DNA of 63,987 nt, filler included, from the NCBI GenBank assembly GCA_964501035.1. It is 9 parts of 9 records of this genome, joined end to end, with 100 filler letters (N's around TTAATTAATTAA, not from the genome) between each part and the next. Parts side by side here need not be neighbours in the genome. Positions count along the whole stretch, not along the records: positions 61,907 to 63,987 come from CAZCRK010000136.1; 8 more parts are not named here. One strand, written 5' to 3'. Below are positions 62,053 to 63,987 of the stretch, one piece after another. A program made the position numbers and the translations under genes. Numbering within the stretch: position 1 is the stretch's first letter; every line of letters starts with the position of its first letter. Below the pieces are notes generated by a model. That model was not told the origin of the DNA. It saw only the letters and a list, made by a program, of their open reading frames with translations, and made no database searches.

Positions 62053-63429
62053 ATGAACATGAAATTATTACTAGTTTTTGTAATAATATCAGCATTAATA
62101 TTTCTAATAACAGTACCAGGTCAAGTCGAATCTCAAGAACTTGTTGAATCTGAATCATCCAATTGGGATAAAAATAAAGAGTTGAAATTATTACGTGTTA
62201 TAGGAGGTACTTGTGTAATCTCACCAGAAATTGGACCTGAAGAACCTGCATCAACAGCAGAGACCTGTGGATTATTTACAGCACCTACAGATCTTGCAAT
62301 AGGTGAATCTGGAAATATTTACGTTGCAGATTATGGAAAGAAAAGAATTCAGATACTGAATCCTCTTGGGCAACTTGTACAAACAATAGATTTGAAAGGA
62401 TCTCCTCATGGCATAACTTTAGACAAAGATGAAAACATCTACGTCACGGAATGGTGGGATTGGGAGGGCGTTGAAAAATTTACAAAAACTGGCGAACCGG
62501 CAACTGATTTTCAGATAGAAGATCAAAGTGTTCTTGGATTACCATCAGACATCATAGTTGATCCAGACGGAATAGTATATGTATTGAAAAGCCATAACAA
62601 TGGCGGCAAGACTTTTAGTGGTATGGGTGTTCATAAAATATCTGCAGATGGAGAATATCTTGAGTTTCTCCCAGTTCCAGAAACAGTTACAGTTCCACAT
62701 TCAGGAGCTTCATTAATGGCAATTGACAAGGAAGGTTATCTGTACCTAGTTGATCAAAAAGGAGCTAATATAATTATTTTAGATCCTTCAAATGGTAATG
62801 TAAAAGTATTAGACTTTGAATATTCTGGGCATGTTCAGGGTATAGCATTTAATCCAGAAGGGTTCATGTTTGTGCCAGACTGGGAGCCTGGGTCATCGCA
62901 TTGCAGTAACTGCCAGGTTGCATCAATTCATGTTTTTGATGAATATCATTTACCGATCACAACAATAGGTGAGTATGGAACAGAAGACGGAAAACTTAAT
63001 GCAACACATGGATTAGAGTTTGATAAAGATGGTAACATGTATGTTCTTGATTATGACAATTCTAGACTTCAAGTTTTTCATATAGATCCCAAAGTGTTTG
63101 GATCATTAATTTATGAAGAAACAGAGAAAATCACTCCCGTACCAACACAATCTGAAATTTCTATTCCAACTTGGATAAAAAATAATGCTGGTTGGTGGTC
63201 TAACGGAGAGATTCCCGACTCTGCATTTGTTTCAGGTATCCAATGGCTCATATCAAATGATATTATGAATATACCATCCACCGAACAGGGAGAGGGTTCT
63301 GATAATGTAATTCCAACTTGGATAAAAAATAATGCTGGTTGGTGGTCTAACGGAGAGATTCCCGACTCTGCATTTGTTTCAGGTATCCAATGGCTCATAT
63401 CAAATGGAATAATGAATATTTCTTCATAA
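62053..63429 (+). CDS. NHL-repeat beta-propeller protein with duplicated thaumarchaeal-type C-terminal domain
   Basis: NHL repeats (PTDLAIGESGNIYVADYGKKRIQ; HGLEFDKDGNMYVLDYDNSRLQVF) and two copies of IPTWIKNNAGWWSNGEIPDSAFVSGIQWLISN. Confidence 0.88.
   Translation: MNMKLLLVFVIISALIFLITVPGQVESQELVESESSNWDKNKELKLLRVIGGTCVISPEIGPEEPASTAETCGLFTAPTDLAIGESGNIYVADYGKKRIQILNPLGQLVQTIDLKGSPHGITLDKDENIYVTEWWDWEGVEKFTKTGEPATDFQIEDQSVLGLPSDIIVDPDGIVYVLKSHNNGGKTFSGMGVHKISADGEYLEFLPVPETVTVPHSGASLMAIDKEGYLYLVDQKGANIIILDPSNGNVKVLDFEYSGHVQGIAFNPEGFMFVPDWEPGSSHCSNCQVASIHVFDEYHLPITTIGEYGTEDGKLNATHGLEFDKDGNMYVLDYDNSRLQVFHIDPKVFGSLIYEETEKITPVPTQSEISIPTWIKNNAGWWSNGEIPDSAFVSGIQWLISNDIMNIPSTEQGEGSDNVIPTWIKNNAGWWSNGEIPDSAFVSGIQWLISNGIMNISS
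63163..63406 (+). repeat. 97-bp perfect direct repeat (63163-63259 and 63310-63406)
   Basis: Identical ATTCCAACTTGG...CATATCAAATG copies encoding the WIKNNAGWW module. Confidence 0.93.
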
Positions 63430-63471
63430 TATTATGTGATTGTTAAATTTTTAATGTAAACTGATTAGTCG

Positions 63472-63987
63472 TTATACTGTTTTATTTTTGAGAAATTTGT
63501 AACTGAAAATTAGGTATATGGCTTGACATGTATTTCCTAATAAAATACCAATAGCTGCTCCATTTATTCCATATAAGGCGGCTAATCCAATAATACTTGG
63601 TATTTGGACAGATACCAAGATAATAGAACCAATTAAAACGAATCTAGTTCTTTCCGTTCCAAAAAATTGTGAATTTAAAATAATTGTAACTGTAAATGGT
63701 ATAATTGCAATACTCAAAATCTGAATGACAGGAACAGCCTCGGTAAATTCGGGAAACAAAACAGGTATCACGATAGGTGATAAAATAATAGCAAGTACAC
63801 AAAGTCCAACAGAGATTAATATTATAATTTTTTTCAAGTTTGTATTAGATTCATTGCGAGCATCTTTTGGTAACAAATATTGATAAAACATAACTGGCAC
63901 AATTTCAAAAATCAACATAAATTGTATACCCAATTGATAATTTCCAAGTAATGCAAAACCAAGCATAGGTGCTACAATTAATTTATC
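63472..63987 (-). CDS. Polysaccharide flippase (Wzx/MATE-like), C-terminal part
   Basis: DKLIVAPMLGFALLGNYQL, LFPEFTEAV, YGINGAAIG; multiple transmembrane segments; runs off the window end. Confidence 0.8.
   Translation of the reverse strand, partial: DKLIVAPMLGFALLGNYQLGIQFMLIFEIVPVMFYQYLLPKDARNESNTNLKKIIILISVGLCVLAIILSPIVIPVLFPEFTEAVPVIQILSIAIIPFTVTIILNSQFFGTERTRFVLIGSIILVSVQIPSIIGLAALYGINGAAIGILLGNTCQAIYLIFSYKFLKNKTV

Noticed and set aside
1..63987. CRISPR arrays, transposases, prophage or defence systems
   Set aside because: No repeat-spacer arrays or recognisable mobile-element or defence genes were seen by eye.

Overview
This low-GC window is a concatenation of about nine contigs, joined by 100-nt N spacers carrying an artificial TTAATTAATTAA linker (plus one plain 100-N scaffold gap), so synteny across gaps is not meaningful. 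Bases 1-61806 look like an FCB-group marine bacterium; Marinimicrobia/SAR406 is my inference from gene content. They carry housekeeping genes (asnS, purD, uvrB/C, tatC, ftsY, rimO, kbl/tdh, pilB/C/D, glyA, nrdR, mlaEFD, tRNA-Leu), a polysaccharide locus with a sulfotransferase, and two decayed genes (a gltB remnant and an aminotransferase). The last contig (61907-63987) looks thaumarchaeal and is probably bin contamination. Two results stand out. First, two predicted ORFs (49442-51346, minus strand) are one in-frame protein split by a UGA in a thioredoxin-type UxxC motif and followed by a SECIS-like hairpin: a probable secreted LVIVD/Ig/redoxin/dockerin selenoprotein, in an operon with a dockerin-bearing aryl-sulfotransferase and a His-rich lipoprotein. 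Second, five secreted non-cellulase proteins carry dockerins with the same (V/I)L recognition residues. Three lie in tandem between a PorV-like C-terminus and a truncated possible cohesin protein, which suggests a T9SS-linked, cellulosome-like surface complex. All domain calls are by eye from motifs; no searches were run.
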